Made by a program: the position numbers and the translations under genes. A stretch of DNA of 64,000 bases, taken from NCBI RefSeq assembly GCF_009914755.1, contig NC_060936.1. One strand, written 5' to 3'. Below, in pieces: positions 15,489 through 29,600 of the stretch. The notes under the pieces are model-generated. The model worked only from the letters and a program-made list of their open reading frames with translations. It was not told the origin of the DNA and made no database searches. This stretch comes from the human T2T-CHM13v2.0 reference genome, Homo sapiens. The first letter of the stretch is position 1, and every line of letters begins with the position of its first letter.

Positions 15489-16239
15489 CTTTAGAATAAC
15501 CTAAAGAATTTTCAAAAATCACAAAGCTGAAGCAGAACGCCACACCAATTTCATCAGAATCTCTTAAAAGGGAGAAAAGACATCAGTATTTTTAAAATGT
15601 TCTATATGATTCCAGTGTTCAGATAAGGTTAAGAACAACTGGTCTACATTTAAAACAAAAATAATTATTTGTGTTTTCTAAACATGTAGATAGATCTAAA
15701 AAATATAAGCACAAATCTATCCTTCCATTTTGGTTTTAAAATTGTACTTTAATAATTTGTCATAAAACACCTGATATTTATGTGTGAGCATGTGTATCCA
15801 TATTCATGTGTGCTTGTGTATGTGGTGTGTTTGTGTGTGTGGATGCACATAAATGTATTTCAATCAAGAGAGTATGTCAATTAGCATAAAGAATATGAGA
15901 AATATAACTCTCATTGGTTAAATGAATGACATTGTGGATATGTGGATTTGCTATAAATATTATGCAAACAACTCTATACAAGTTTCTAGCAATCCCAGCT
16001 GTCCACAGAGTCTAGAACAGTGCTTTACACCTCCTATTCATTCAATTCTGTGTCCCCACTTAGGAAGGCTTCTATCACCTGATCCAATTAGAGGTCTGGC
16101 TAATACTGCTGTTAGAACACACATTGTCACATCTGAGCCAAATAAACCTTTCATGCATCATTTACACAAGTTACTGGTCAGCGTGCTCAAAAGAAAGCCA
16201 GAATTATGCTATTTTTCTTTTCAGGATTTGAATTTTTTC

Positions 16240-17400
16240 AACTTTTTTGAGATATAGTTGAAGTTAATAAAGCTTCACGTTTGAAGTATACAATTTGATT
16301 CGTTTTGACATAAGCATATCCCTATTCAACCATCATGATAATTGAGATAAACACTTCCATCCATGCCAAAAATTTCTTGTGGCTCCTTTTAATCCATCCC
16401 TCTTTCCATCCCTAACGCCATTCACTGATTTTCTTTCTGTTACTATAGAAATTTAATTTGCATTTTTTGTTCTTTTGAATAAATGGAACCACACAGTACA
16501 TAACTACCTTTTGCCTACATTCTTTCATTCATTTTAATCATTTTGATTCATTGTTATTAATGCATGTATGAATAGTCTATTCCTTTATTACATTAAATAG
16601 TATTGGATATAACATCATTTGTTGTCTATTCACCTGTTCATGAACATTTGGGCTGTTTCCAGTTTGGGGTTATTATAAAAAATCCTTCTATAAACAGTTA
16701 TGGAAGCCTTTGTGTGGACATGTGTTTTCATTTCCCTTGAGTAAATATCTAGGACCAAAAAGCTTGAGTTATATGGTAGGGATGTGCTTGACTTTGTAAG
16801 AAATGGTCAAACTGTTTTCACAGTGATTGTCCCACTTTACATTCCCACTAGCAGTGATTGAGTTCAGTTCTCCACATCCACCTCAACATTTGGTGTGGTC
16901 ATTTGTGTTTTATTTTAGCAATACTAACGATAACTCATTATAGTGTTAAGTTGCCTTTCTCTGATGATGAATGGCATTGAGCTTCTTTTCATGTGCTTAT
17001 TAATCATTCACATATTTCCTTTTGGCAAGTGCCTGTTCAAATATTTTGCCCATTTTTCTTACTGGGTTGTCATTATTAAGGTGTAAGTATTCTTCATATA
17101 GTCTGGATATAAGTCCTTTGATATATATATAGCTTACCTTATCATTTTCATTATGATGTATTCAAAAGGCAGAAGTTCTTTTTAAAAAAATTTTGATGAA
17201 ATCAACTCTATCATTTATTTTATGCCTCATGCATTTAATGTTTCAAGAAACCTTTGCTTATCCCAAGACTACAAAGATATTCTATCTGCTTTCTTCTAGA
17301 AGTTTCATAACTTTAGCTTTTTCATTTAGGTTTATGACCCATTTTGAGTTAATTTTTGTGTATTGTGCATTAAGTGACAACATTCGTTTTTTCCAGATGG
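16240..17400 (-). mobile_element. Old L1 3' region (L1MC/ME-like)
   Basis: T-rich; catttgggctgtttccagtttgggg and acattcccactagcagtg motifs. Confidence 0.75.
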
Positions 17401-18528
17401 CCCTAGATTAATAACCCTGGTTCTGTCATTTACTGTAAACCATAGGCAATGTTTATAATGCCTGTAAACATTGCCTCAATGTTTCTGAGCCTGTGTCATT
17501 AACAATACAATGTAAGATTGCTGAAAGGATTAAGATTAATTTTTATTAATATTAGGCACACATTAGGCCCTGGCTAACGTTGCAGATATTGTGATTAATA
17601 CATTAGAAAAAAGACTGCCCTGCGAGAAGAATGGAAAAGATGACTGAAAGTGTGAAAGTTAAATTATGTACACATGGAAAGTAGAAAAAGGGCACTTATC
17701 CCTGAAAACAGGTACATTATAAAGGCATTTAACACCAGCTCCCAGGTGTGCTGAGCTGTTGTGTAAGCATAGAAGATACATAAAAGAAAATCTCTCTCTT
17801 CATCAGTTCAAATCCACTTCAATTCAACCCTCCAGTGTTTGGAATGAGGGTTTCCAGTGGCTGGTAGAAGTAGCTTAACTATGAATCCTATAGAATGCTC
17901 AAATTTTATGGCCTAAGAATTTAGAATGCATCATAAGAACCCTTTGTTGGTACACATATTTCCAGTGTGTTATTACTTGGAAAGTAATGTAATTAAACAG
18001 ATGTTTTTGCAGTACTGAGAAGAAAGGGATATTAAGAACTCTTGAAAAATGAAATCCAGTCCATATAGTCCCCCAGTAAAATGTCCATTGTTCAATCCCA
18101 TAAGCATTTCACTCAAAAGGGATTCCATTCTCTCTGCACTAACCAACAGCACAAGCTTCTTCCTAGTGTGACTCCCAAATTTCCTGAGATTTACACAAAG
18201 ATTTTGACTAGAACTCCTAGAGGCTCTGTATAAGGGACATGTTTTACATCCCTCAAGACACTCCCTTATATCCAACATTTAAAATGGAGACCTTCTTTTT
18301 ACAGCTACAGGGAAGCTTCCTCACACCTCTTTCAGAGACAGGGCAACTTTACTCTTTAGCAACCAGCCTGTCATTTACCTCCAGTGACCATCATTTCCCA
18401 GACAAAAGTCCAGATAAGTCTGGGTAGAGAGACTGTACTCATCTTCTATTTGAGACCCTAACCAACCACAACCAGAAAAAGAATAAACCCTCAAAATTAA
18501 CAACATAATTAAACTTTTCTGTAACACA

Positions 18529-19135
18529 TGTAAGTACAAGATAATGGAAGAAGTCAGAATTTGTCCAGCCAAAGACAACCAGGAACACACAGTTGCATCT
18601 ATTGCTCACTACAAAAGGAGACACAACATGGGAAGCCATAGGGCATCTCAGTAAGAGGGTATTAGAAAGGACTCACTATTGGATTTGGGCTTGGATTAAA
18701 TGATCTGGGGGAGATTTCAAAAAAGTAGAGTTCTCCTCTGTATTTGGATGTCGTCAAGAACAGGGGTCAATTCTATGATTGGAGTAAATCTTATCTATAT
18801 GATGAGAGGAGTAAATCAAGGCTAAAGCGATACTTGGTAATAAATTAATAGTCATTTATGTCAGCCAGGATAGGGGAGTGTGTAGCATTGTTGCGTTTGG
18901 ACGATATTCATGTTTTTGCCGTGCATTCAGTCATGATTCCGGAATGTTCTTGTCTTTGTCGTGTTCCGTCATGGTACAGAGTGGCTGTGTCCGGGTTGAT
19001 GCTCTGTGAAACTGTTTATTGTTCAACAAGGAAACACGACAGTTTAGCTGTGAGCTCCACGGCAGCTCCTAGCAACACTAAAGTCTGGCTGATAGTACAA
19101 AGTTGGTTCCTGACTGTCATTATCAGTTGTAAAGA
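18529..19135. mobile_element. Probable old ERV LTR remnant
   Basis: Composition and motifs resemble an ERVL-class LTR; family not resolved. Confidence 0.35.
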
Positions 19136-21086
19136 AGCGTAAGTCAGGGAATATAACCTAATCTAGCAGAACACGGATGGCTTCCCTGAGGAACTGACTT
19201 TTAAACTAAGACTTTAAAGTTTAAAAAATCTTCTGTTGCCACAGTCTCAAGGGTTCATTTAGCCTTTTCCGATGTTTTCTTACATTTACCAACACAATTT
19301 TTTCTTGTAAATGAATTGTACCTAAAAAGCATTAATCAAATCTATCTTCTCACAACATTCCCAACCTATTCTAAATGTGAGAACATTCCCTGACTCTGGA
19401 GTTTTACATGAATAAAATCTGTTAATAGTTCTTGTGAGAAAATTCTAATCAAAATTCTAGTTCAATACATAGGGACATTAAATGATAAATAATGCAAATT
19501 TTAAAATGGAACCAAAAATGTTTCAAGACATCATAAGATTCTTGAACAAGAAATAAAATAATTTAATATTTCTCGCAAAGTCCGTATTCCTAATATAGAG
19601 TGGAATATTTCAAAATGAACAATTTGGTCTTCAAAATTAGTGAGATAAGTTTGGTACCTAAAGAAAAGGAGAGAAAATAAAATATATCCTTTTTCTCTCT
19701 CATTTCAAAGCTTGATGGTATAAATGAGAAGTTTATTCCACTGCAGAATTAATGAACTCTCTTGTAAAACTCGCTTGATTAAAGCCTTTAAATTTCATGG
19801 AATTCCAGATCTTCAAAAGGCCTTAGGAGATTAGGGAAGGGTAAAGCGTTGGGTCAATGGGCTGAAACTCCCTCCTGCTGTCATGCTGAACAGTAGATGA
19901 TTTAAATAAGATCCATTCATTATCTGGCAAAACAGAGGCATCTTTCTAAGAATTGGCTGTGCATCCCTACTGGGAAGGGTGTGCACTGATCTTAAATCCA
20001 ACAGCCCTTGAGGTGGAAACTGGAAGATTGTGCACTTAGTAACCACATCCATTTCTTACTACCTATGGCTTGGGAATTTGAATTCTCAGTGATACGTTTA
20101 TTTTAAACATTTAGTACTGAGAGTAAACCATGATAATAGTAAAACATGCTAGTTGGGTTATATTTTCTGGTCATAAAGATATCACATGTTAGTACACATC
20201 CCAAACATTTTATTATTTTAGTTATTAGTTAGGATTCCATTGCAAAAGTCCCTATTAAAAGTCCCTGACTTTGTCAAACTTTGTGCTGGGTGCTTTCACA
20301 TCACTACTATGCAACAATGTGGTAGAATTAGTATTAATATCAGTGGTTCCATATTGTTCTACATGACATTTAATAAAGCAAAGTTTTGCTGTTGGTAAGA
20401 AGTCCAGCAAGTGAGATAGCACAGGAACTTCATCTCTGACCAAGAAACCATCTTGAAAGTATATTTAGTATAGATTCAGAAACATTGCAAATTAATTTAA
20501 GATCCAAGCATGTAAGTCCACACAGTAGATCTCTTTTATAGATACGGAGTCTGAATACAGTTTGCAGGCAAATCAATTTTATACACACTCGTAAAAATGG
20601 CTGTCTAATTACAGGGTACCAACTCCAGTGCACAGCATCTAAGAACTAGCATAAGAATGCAGGGGCTAATTACTCTCCAGGATATGAAAAGGCTCAGAGG
20701 GCCTGGCAATCTAATTCCTTCCCACAAAAATACGCAGTAGTGGGTGTCTAGAAGTTAAAACACTCTTAGATTTCACATTTCTTTTATACTGCTAAATATT
20801 TGCCAATGTATATTTTATAATTAGATGTATTTCAAAAGTTTATAAATTCTAGTAATTAAAAATGATACAAGCCAGTTGAAAACAACTCAGCAGCAGAAGG
20901 GCAGGAGAAATCAGCAAACAAGAACGCCATGCTGGGTTAGGACCCTCTGAAGTTTCTATTTTCTTTTCTTCCACTGATTTATTTTTGTATATTTTTAAGT
21001 GAATGGGCTCAATATTTCTAGTTTTATGAGTAATTATTTTTCTTTATGTTTAAAAAAGAAAACATAAAGACATTCATTTTGGCTGT

Positions 21087-21092
21087 TTTATT
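21087..21092 (-). terminator. PLCZ1 polyadenylation signal AATAAA
   Basis: tttatt on + strand, 39 nt past the stop; followed on the minus strand by a GU/U-rich tract (TGTCTTTATGTTTTCTTTTTT). Confidence 0.85.
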
Positions 21093-21131
21093 GCGATGCA
21101 TAGCTAATGATATGTCATTTATCATTAGCTG

Positions 21132-21217
21132 TTATCTGACGTACCAAACATAAACAAACAGTGAAGCAGGCTCAAGGCTCTCACCCATTCTGGAAAACAG
21201 AGGAATACGACGATAAC
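21132..21217 (-). CDS. PLCZ1: PLCZ1 exon 15 coding part, [27 protein letters not shown]-stop
   Basis: Read by hand. Acceptor TTTTGCAG|GT; TAA stop at 21134..21132. Confidence 0.96.
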
Positions 21218-22022
21218 CTGCAAAAGGAATTATATCTAATTAGACCAATAACCAATTAATCAGTGGTGTCTCCAATAGCCTTGCTGAGAAACAAGAGCTC
21301 TTTACTAAGCCTACATTAAAAACCATGACTATAGAGTTATATTCCCATCTGGTATATTAATCTTCCACAAAAATTAAATATTTGCATTTTCTATTCTGAC
21401 TTCCTAACTGCCCAAAACTGAATACACAGCTCATACTTCTCCTTCCGCAAAGCGCTGCATGATCCAAAATTAGCCACCACCCTTCTGCTTCAGGAAGACC
21501 TGTTTCCTAGGCACATCTCAGATGCTGTTAGAAAAGTAAGCATATTGAGACAAGGTAATTGGGAGCACAGTGTAAATCACCCTGGAAAGGTGACTCTGCA
21601 ACATAAAGGTAGTCAGCCCTGAAAAGGGGTCAGGAAAGGATAGTCTCAGGCTCCCAATCTCTTCTCCTCAGGCAGGAAGAATGAGTCACTGCTTCTCCCT
21701 TCTGGTTGCCACCCATCATCATTTCTTTATGGTAGTCATGACTACTCTTTACTGAAACAGAAGAACTAGGATGCATGTAAAGAAATGCTTATACATGCCA
21801 AGTTTGTCTAATTAGCCTTCCTGTCAGTCCCACACCCCCACCCCACCTTCCACATGAGAACACATTTTTATAATTCCACAGAGAAAAAATATGTGTCAAT
21901 ACATAAAATTTCCTTTACATCCTACTTTATGATAGAGCTATTTGGTATGTCAAAATGTGTCTTTGATATACACAAGTTATATTTAAATGCTGGTACAATC
22001 ATCTAACTTTTAGGGACATTAC

Positions 22023-22172
22023 CTTTGTTCATGCATAGAAGTGGCAAAGTATATTGCCCAAGAAATTCATTTCCTGCTATTAAACCTTGACCTTCAACAA
22101 CAAAACGTATCAATGCCAATTCTGGGACATGAATAATAAATGTGAATGTTTCATTCCATCTTGGACTAAAAG
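22023..22172 (-). CDS. PLCZ1: PLCZ1 exon 14 (150 nt), C2 domain [11 protein letters not shown]...LLCMNK
   Basis: Acceptor TATTTCAG|CT, donor AAG|GTAATG; phase 1 to 1; ORF 22003..22215. Confidence 0.96.
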
Positions 22173-22643
22173 CTGAAATATAAAAAAAGAAGATACAAAG
22201 AATAATAGATACCATATCTAGGAAAAAATAGATTACATTTGTTCTCCAAACTTTTTCTTTTCAACCCTTTAACAATAATATCTTGTGTTTAGAGCACATA
22301 GGTTTTTAATATACTCAGTGTGAGAGGAATAATAACCAGACAATAATGAGTGTTTACTATTGCTGGGCAATGTTCTAAGAATGGATCAACTCAATTAATT
22401 CTGATAACCACCCCATCAGGGTGGGATGGGAAAACTGAGCCACAAAGATGTTACATAATTTCCTAAGGTTTCACATATGTGGTCATTAAGTGGCAGATCA
22501 GGAATTCAAAAACGGGGAGTCTGACTTCAGAGCAAAAGCTTTTAATCATTATGCAATATGACTGATGTACTTAGGCAATTCTTTAGCAAATAAATTGAGA
22601 AATGAAGAAAATTAAGTAACATCATTTTTCTATACTAAGTCCT

Positions 22644-23000
22644 TGATATGGTTAAGCTTTGTGCCCCCACCCAAATCTCATCTTGAATTGTAATCCCCAG
22701 GTGTTTAGGAAGACACCTGGTAGAAAGTGACTGGATTATAGGGGGCTGTTCTCATGATAGTGAGTGAGTACTCATGAGATCTGATGGTTTTATAAGGCAG
22801 TTTTCCCCACTCTTACTAGCAATCTCCTGCTGCCACATGAAAAGGTCCAAATTTGTTTCCCCTTCACCTTCCACCATGATTCTAAGTTTCCTGAGGCCTC
22901 CCCAGCCATGAGGAACTGTGAGTCAATTAAACCTCTTTCCTTTGTAAGTTATCCAGTCTCAGGTAGAATCTTTAGAGCAATATGAAAATGGACTAATACA
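22644..23000 (+). mobile_element. MaLR solo LTR (MSTA/THE1-like)
   Basis: tgatatggtt...cccaaatctcatcttgaattgta...tgagtcaattaaacctctttcc...gactaataca. Confidence 0.88.
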
Positions 23001-23723
23001 GTCAGTCTTATTATGGGAAGAGTTCCATACTTAGTTGTTAGACTGAAAGCTAGATAACAAACTAAAGCCAACTCTTGATCCTTCTTTAGACTAAGTGCTC
23101 CTTTCAAAGTCCAAAGTTGATGAATTTCAATCTCTAAGAAAATAAATCATCCCAAGCAACCAATTTCTGCCAAGCAAGAAATCCACATTGTGTCACAGTA
23201 TGACCCAAATCATCCAAAAAGTAAAGCGTAATTTAACAGAATCAAGAAATTCACATCCAGATTAAATATAAATTCTGCTTAATAAAGACTCAAAGGTTTG
23301 GAGAAGAATCATGTGTATTATTTTTCATTTACAAAGGCAATGCTACACTTGCTATGTCAATAGTTTTTGTTCTTTGACTTACATTTCCAGAAGCACTGAT
23401 GAATTTCTAATTATACTATATCTATGTTTTCTATGGTTCACCTGTGGTCACAAGAGCACATTTACCACATAGCAATCTAGGGTGCAGTCTATGCCCACAG
23501 AAATAGTAAACTAATTGGCTCATGCTGGAATAATGACCATATTACCTTGACCTAAGAAGAGAAATAATTTCATGGGGTACAGAGGCAGGTTTAGAGTCAA
23601 TTCTTTATAGATACTGCAAAACATCTGCAGAAATGTTTATACTGATTTCTTCTTCCTCCAATCCTACTTCATTACACATGTGCCTCTGCCTCCCTTCCAT
23701 CCTCCTCCTGTATCTCTCTCTGT

Positions 23724-23732
23724 CACACACAC

Positions 23733-23768
<36 letters not shown>
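23724..23768. repeat. (CA)n microsatellite, about 22 units with one interruption
   Basis: Seen directly. Confidence 0.95.
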
Positions 23769-23769
<1 letters not shown>

Positions 23770-25981
23770 AATATGGATTAATTATAAGAGAAAGTCCTCA
23801 CTTTCAGTTGTCAACATAAAAAAAAGTAAACCAGGATACCAAATTTGATAGTGATGAAAATAGTTATCCTAGACATGACCAAAACTGAAGAATTATTTCC
23901 ACATTTTATCCAAATGTTATCCTTTTCCTCCCAGACTCTCATGTCTAGCTAAATCATCTTAAAATTCTTCTTGTCCAGCCATCTGGACGTTGACTTCTGC
24001 GCAGTGTTTCTCACTTACATCCCCCATTCCTTTCCTACTGCCACGGCCTCCTTTATACCATGACTTTTATATCCTCTAACCACTGAAATTTTATCCTGAC
24101 TCTACTTTGTATTTCTCATTTCCCTCTCGTATACTTCTTCTCAAATCTGCAGAAAAAAACCTAACACTCAACTCTGTTAAAGTTATAGCCCTACTTAAAA
24201 GTCTGAATTTTATCCATTTTCTAGAAAAAAGAAAGTTCCTGACACCTTAGCATGGCTTTTGAGATTTTCCATGACCCTCCCTAAATAATTTTCTCATTTT
24301 ATCTCTCACTAATCTTTCTTAAGCACCCTATATTCCACCCATCTTGAGTTTCTTGGCTTTTCTCTAGCATGTTTAAATTGTGTTTTCTTCATATTTTAGG
24401 ACTTGTGTTCTGTCTCTGGTATGTTTAAATTGTATTTTCTTCATATTTTAAGACTTATATTATGGCTTCTGCCTTAAATGTCCTTGTCCCCAATCTCTAA
24501 AAAATTCTACTCATTCTCCAAGAACCATCTCCAAAAGTGCCCCCTTGGAGTACAAATCTTTGTACTCTTCTTGAAGCACGAATTACTCTAAATCATAATT
24601 ACTTTACTTATAGCATCATCTTTCACACTGAACTATAAACTATCTATAGAAGAGTTCGTTGGTCCATATATAAGAATTCATTTAATAAACAGATTTTAAG
24701 TCTTTTACTACTCAGCACAAGGCTTTTAGCATAGCAGAGGCTCAGTAATGTTTGATGAACCAAATTGAATTTCTGCAAGGATATTCCCATAAAATCCAAG
24801 GAGGTAATACAAATTCTAGAATCACAGTATTATAAGGGGTGCATTGAATAAATTAAGTTTCTAAGCATTTTGTGATGAAGATTCAAGTAGAGGATGGAGG
24901 GAACAAGAGATAGATTATTATAAGCTTCATGACATCAGCAGTTACTATCTCTGGACACAGCCGTAGCAATGTGCCTTCAACTCTAAAGGGTGTCAAATGA
25001 GGCAGGAAGTCATCATCAATATCCCTTCCCATTGATAACATAGGATAAGGCAATAAAATCTTTCCAAATCTTTTTCCATGACTTTCGCTCTAGAAGCCAC
25101 ACTGGAAGTATTCAGGGGAGTGCAAAGGAGGCAGACTATGGACATTGTTAGAAATTATTATCCAAGAAGAAAAAGAAAACTGTGCCTGCTACTCTGTCAT
25201 TGCCATTTGATCTGGAGCATATTTCTAGACTCTGGAATGAAGTCCACTTTGCTTTGAGAATATCCCTTGAAGAAGATTCCAGACTCAAGAATCAGTTCCA
25301 ATGTCTCCTTCAAGGTGATCCTGACCAGGGATCAATCCCAGGAACCTATCCTTTTCTAATTTCCTTAGTCATTTCAACCTCAGAGAAGAAATGGCAATGC
25401 CAGTACTATACTGTGTAAGATGTCATAGCATGCCAGAATGATGAAAATCTTACCAAAGTTATTTCCCTTAATTCTTCACTTCCCTTATGGCAAAAATGAC
25501 TGAATTATCCAAAAATTCTATCAGTAGGCTTCTATGGCATCCTTAGCCTGATTCAGAAGCCATAGACTTTTAATCTAAAATAATTCAAATAATTCATTAT
25601 AAAAATATATAATATGCTGTGTCAAAAATCACAAATTTTTGATTTAATACAAAGGCTAGAAGCTAAGTAGATTTGAGGCTGTTAAAATGCCTTCTTAATT
25701 CGGTGATATGAGAGAAAACATAAAAAAGAGGTAAATTTTTTTTAAGCAATAATTTTGAAGGTCAGGTACATTTCTGTATTCATAATCTGAAAATACAGCT
25801 AAACAACCTAATCATTATAAAAATGTTTTTGTTGCATATAACATTTTGCTAATTTTGGACATAATGGAAAACCCTTGTCTTATGAATAATAAATATGTAC
25901 AAAAACTCTATCAACATATAATTTGTAAGCTTTCCAACAAGAAGTCTAATGGAAATTCAATAAGGTATATCAGGAGCTCAC

Positions 25982-26111
25982 CATTTTTTTTAATTACACG
26001 AGTCTGCTGCTTCATTTGATCATTTGGAACACCAAAAACTTCTATAATTACTAATGAATCACCTTTGTTAGATGATGAATGAGTAAGAGGCAACTGGATA
26101 CCACTGATGAG
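25982..26111 (-). CDS. PLCZ1: PLCZ1 exon 13 (130 nt), C2 domain LISGIQLP...TRVIKKN
   Basis: Acceptor TTTGTGCAG|CTC, donor ATG|GTGAGC; phase 0 to 1; ORF 25911..26117. Confidence 0.96.
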
Positions 26112-27235
26112 CTGCACAAATATATATGAATATAAGAATTTAGCAAGATATTAAGTTACATCACCATTTATTTCAAAATTAAGTTATGTATTACAAAAAG
26201 TTGATGGACTCTAAGTCAGCTCCCACAAACATTGAAAGTGGAATACAATACAAATTTTAAAATTTAAGTCTTTTATCCTCAGTTATCAGTAGATAAACAC
26301 CAAGAATATGTACAAAATTATAGTGAAATCCACAATGTCCACAATTTTTGATTTATTAACATATTTTTGTTTTAAAATCATTTGTTATGATCACATTTCA
26401 GGGAATTCAGGTCGAGTTACTCTGATAACGTACTGTTTTTGAATTCATATATATATATATATATGCTGGAAAAAATTTAAAGCAATAGAAATATTACTTT
26501 TTAAAAAATGTACCATTTAACTCCCTGTGATAGCATTTTCTGAGTTTCACAAAATCAGTTATTTCATATGTATATTAGGGACTGGGTATCAAAAAAATCT
26601 TAACAAAGTAATTAATAATAATTGTATTTAAACTTGTATTTGCCAAGCTAATTGTTGAAGCAAAAATGTGTTATAATTTAAGGAACAAAATGAGCACACA
26701 ACAAAACTATATTTGAAATGTACTGACTTAGGCTAAGAGATAGAAGATATAAGCCTAAAAACGCAGTTATAAAAATTGAGGCATAATTCCAATTTCTGAA
26801 GGTTACATAAGGAGAAACAAATATATAATTAAGTTTGATTATAAAGGAATAAAGAAAGGAAAAGAGGGAAGGAAGGAGGGAGAGAAGGAGTAGAAAAGAA
26901 AGGAAAAGAAAAAACACTAATGTGTGATTTTTCCTAATTCCACAGATTACGGCATTAGCTAGAAGCCAGTATGACTATGCAACTGTTTAGCAATCAGCAT
27001 GGAATGGGCATCAGCATAATTAGACATCAAAGTAACTAGAAAGAACAATGGCCATAAACATATAGTACACTGGTCCCAATACCACTATAGACCCGCTAAA
27101 TATCACTTTACAGGTAATAGACCCTTCCCAAAATGGAGTAGGTTCAGCTCGGTGTACCTCATTCCAGAAAGAAAAAAAAAATTATCTAATTTTGAAAAAC
27201 ATAATTGAATATGAAAACTGAATGAGAATTTAGGG

Positions 27236-27450
27236 CAAGCTTGTCCAACCTGCGGGCCACATGTGGCCCATGGTGGCTTTGAATGCGGCCCAACGCAAAT
27301 TCATAAACTTTCTTAAAACATTATGAGATTCTTTTTGCATTTTTTAAAGCTCATCAGCTATCGTTAGTGTTAGTGTATTTTATGTGTGGCCCAAGATAAT
27401 TCCTCTTCTTCCAACGTGGCCCAGGGAAGCCAAAATATTGGACACCCCTG
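27236..27450 (-). mobile_element. MER30 (hAT-Charlie)
   Basis: ...ggcccagggaagccaaaatattggacacccctg terminus; 8-bp TSD (a/g)tttaggg. Confidence 0.85.
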
Positions 27451-28068
27451 GTTTAGGGAGCATTGATCAAATAATTTGTAAATAAATTAACAAATTTGTT
27501 TGTACAGGAGCCAATGCAGAGGAAGGGATATCAAACAATAAGCCCTCAGTGGTCAACTCTGTTGTTACCCATTGGCCTTACCCATAAGATTTTGGATTTA
27601 GAAAGCAGTCCTGTAGCTTTTATAAATTTGAAAATAACTGGCCTAGACCAAAACTCTCAGATTGCAGGTGACGAAGAGTAAAGCAGCAATGTCAAATGCC
27701 TTCATCAAGAACTTAAGAAAGCTTATAGTAAAACTTGGCTCTCTGATTCCCAAATCGTGCCTTCTACTATCTGAGCAAGTCATAAAGTAATCACAAAGCT
27801 CCCTAGAGTGATAGAGGCAACAGAGAAAGACCCACATGGCCATGGCAGCAGCTTCCTGGAGAATCATTAACTCTCCATGCCAGTTACACCTCAACAAGAG
27901 ACTCCTCAGAATACAAACGTGGCACTTGTGAGCATTTGTGCACACTAGCTGCCTTCCACCTTCACTTTCTCAATAAAAGAGCACATATGTTCTCTTTACT
28001 ATTCATAACAGGAAAAATAATGTATTTGTTCAATGAACCTAGATATATTGGGCATATACTTTGTGTAA

Positions 28069-28417
<349 letters not shown>

Positions 28418-28429
28418 CACATCTCTTAT

Positions 28430-29600
28430 CCTTAAAGAATCCTCAGACAAATGGAGAAGACAAGTTACAAGTAAATAAACAATTATAAAACCTTGTGATA
28501 AATGCCATAATATATGCATGCAGAGGGTGTTACGGAAAACAGCAAAGCTATGAAAAGAAGCACAGCTAACCTAGCCTAGGAAAATGCTTTCAAAAAGACA
28601 TGATTCCTAAGTCTTGAAAACTGAGTCAAAATGAAATAGGCAGGTAAGGCTGAAAGAATGCTCTAGTCACAGGAAGAGCCTACGCAATTCGTGGAGGTGA
28701 GTCATGGTTAGAGAAGGATCCTAGTTCCACATGGTTGTAGAACAGGATGAAAGGCTAGAAGTGGTGAGAGATAGGGCTAGGCAAGTAGGGCAAGGCCTGA
28801 CTAAGATAGTAGTCAAGAGACACAAATAAATATTACGTATGCATGATAATATTAGCACTGTAGCAAAATCTCTCCGGTCAACTTGTGGAGAATAGATATG
28901 GAGGACTGAGACAGGCTACCTGAAACCATCAGGAAGCCAAAGAAATAGACCTGATGACAGGTAGTAAATTCCTGATACAGGAGAGCAGCAAAATAGGTCA
29001 GATCAAGAGAATGGAGAAGGAAAATATTTAGGAATAGAATCAGCAGAATTTAACGTTGGTCTGGATGTGGGATGTGAAGGAGATGTGAAAGATTAGAATG
29101 GTTCCCAATTTTCTAGTCCGAGCAGAGTGGAAGAATGGGGCAATTTGTTGACATTTAAGTAAGAGCAGAAGTAGATTTGATTAGGAAGGGATGTTCAAGT
29201 TTTACTATTTTAAATTTGACAGAATGGTGATTAAGGAGGTAAGGATGCTCAGTGAGCTAAAATATGCCTTTAGATTCCCAAAATCATGTCCAATTAAAGA
29301 CTTGAGCATTGTTGGTGGTGAAACTATGAATGTTTATGTAACAGAATCCAAGGAGAATAGTTTGAGACAAGGTTTAAGGAAAGACTTTAGTTAACATAAA
29401 TATCTTAAGGGAAGGCAGAGAAAGAGGAAGCCACAAGTAAAAATGACAATCACTTGGAAGGTAGGGGGTAAAAGGAGAGTCCAGTCCCAGAGCATAGAAG
29501 AGCAATGTGTGTAGAAATGGAAGGGCTCTTCAAAGTGGCTGATTTGCCACTTCTTTTTACCAGATCAACTACAAAAAGATGTCAACATTATAATAGCATT
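28430..29600. mobile_element. Degenerate L2 fragment
   Basis: Purine-rich L2-like text; boundaries approximate. Confidence 0.5.
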
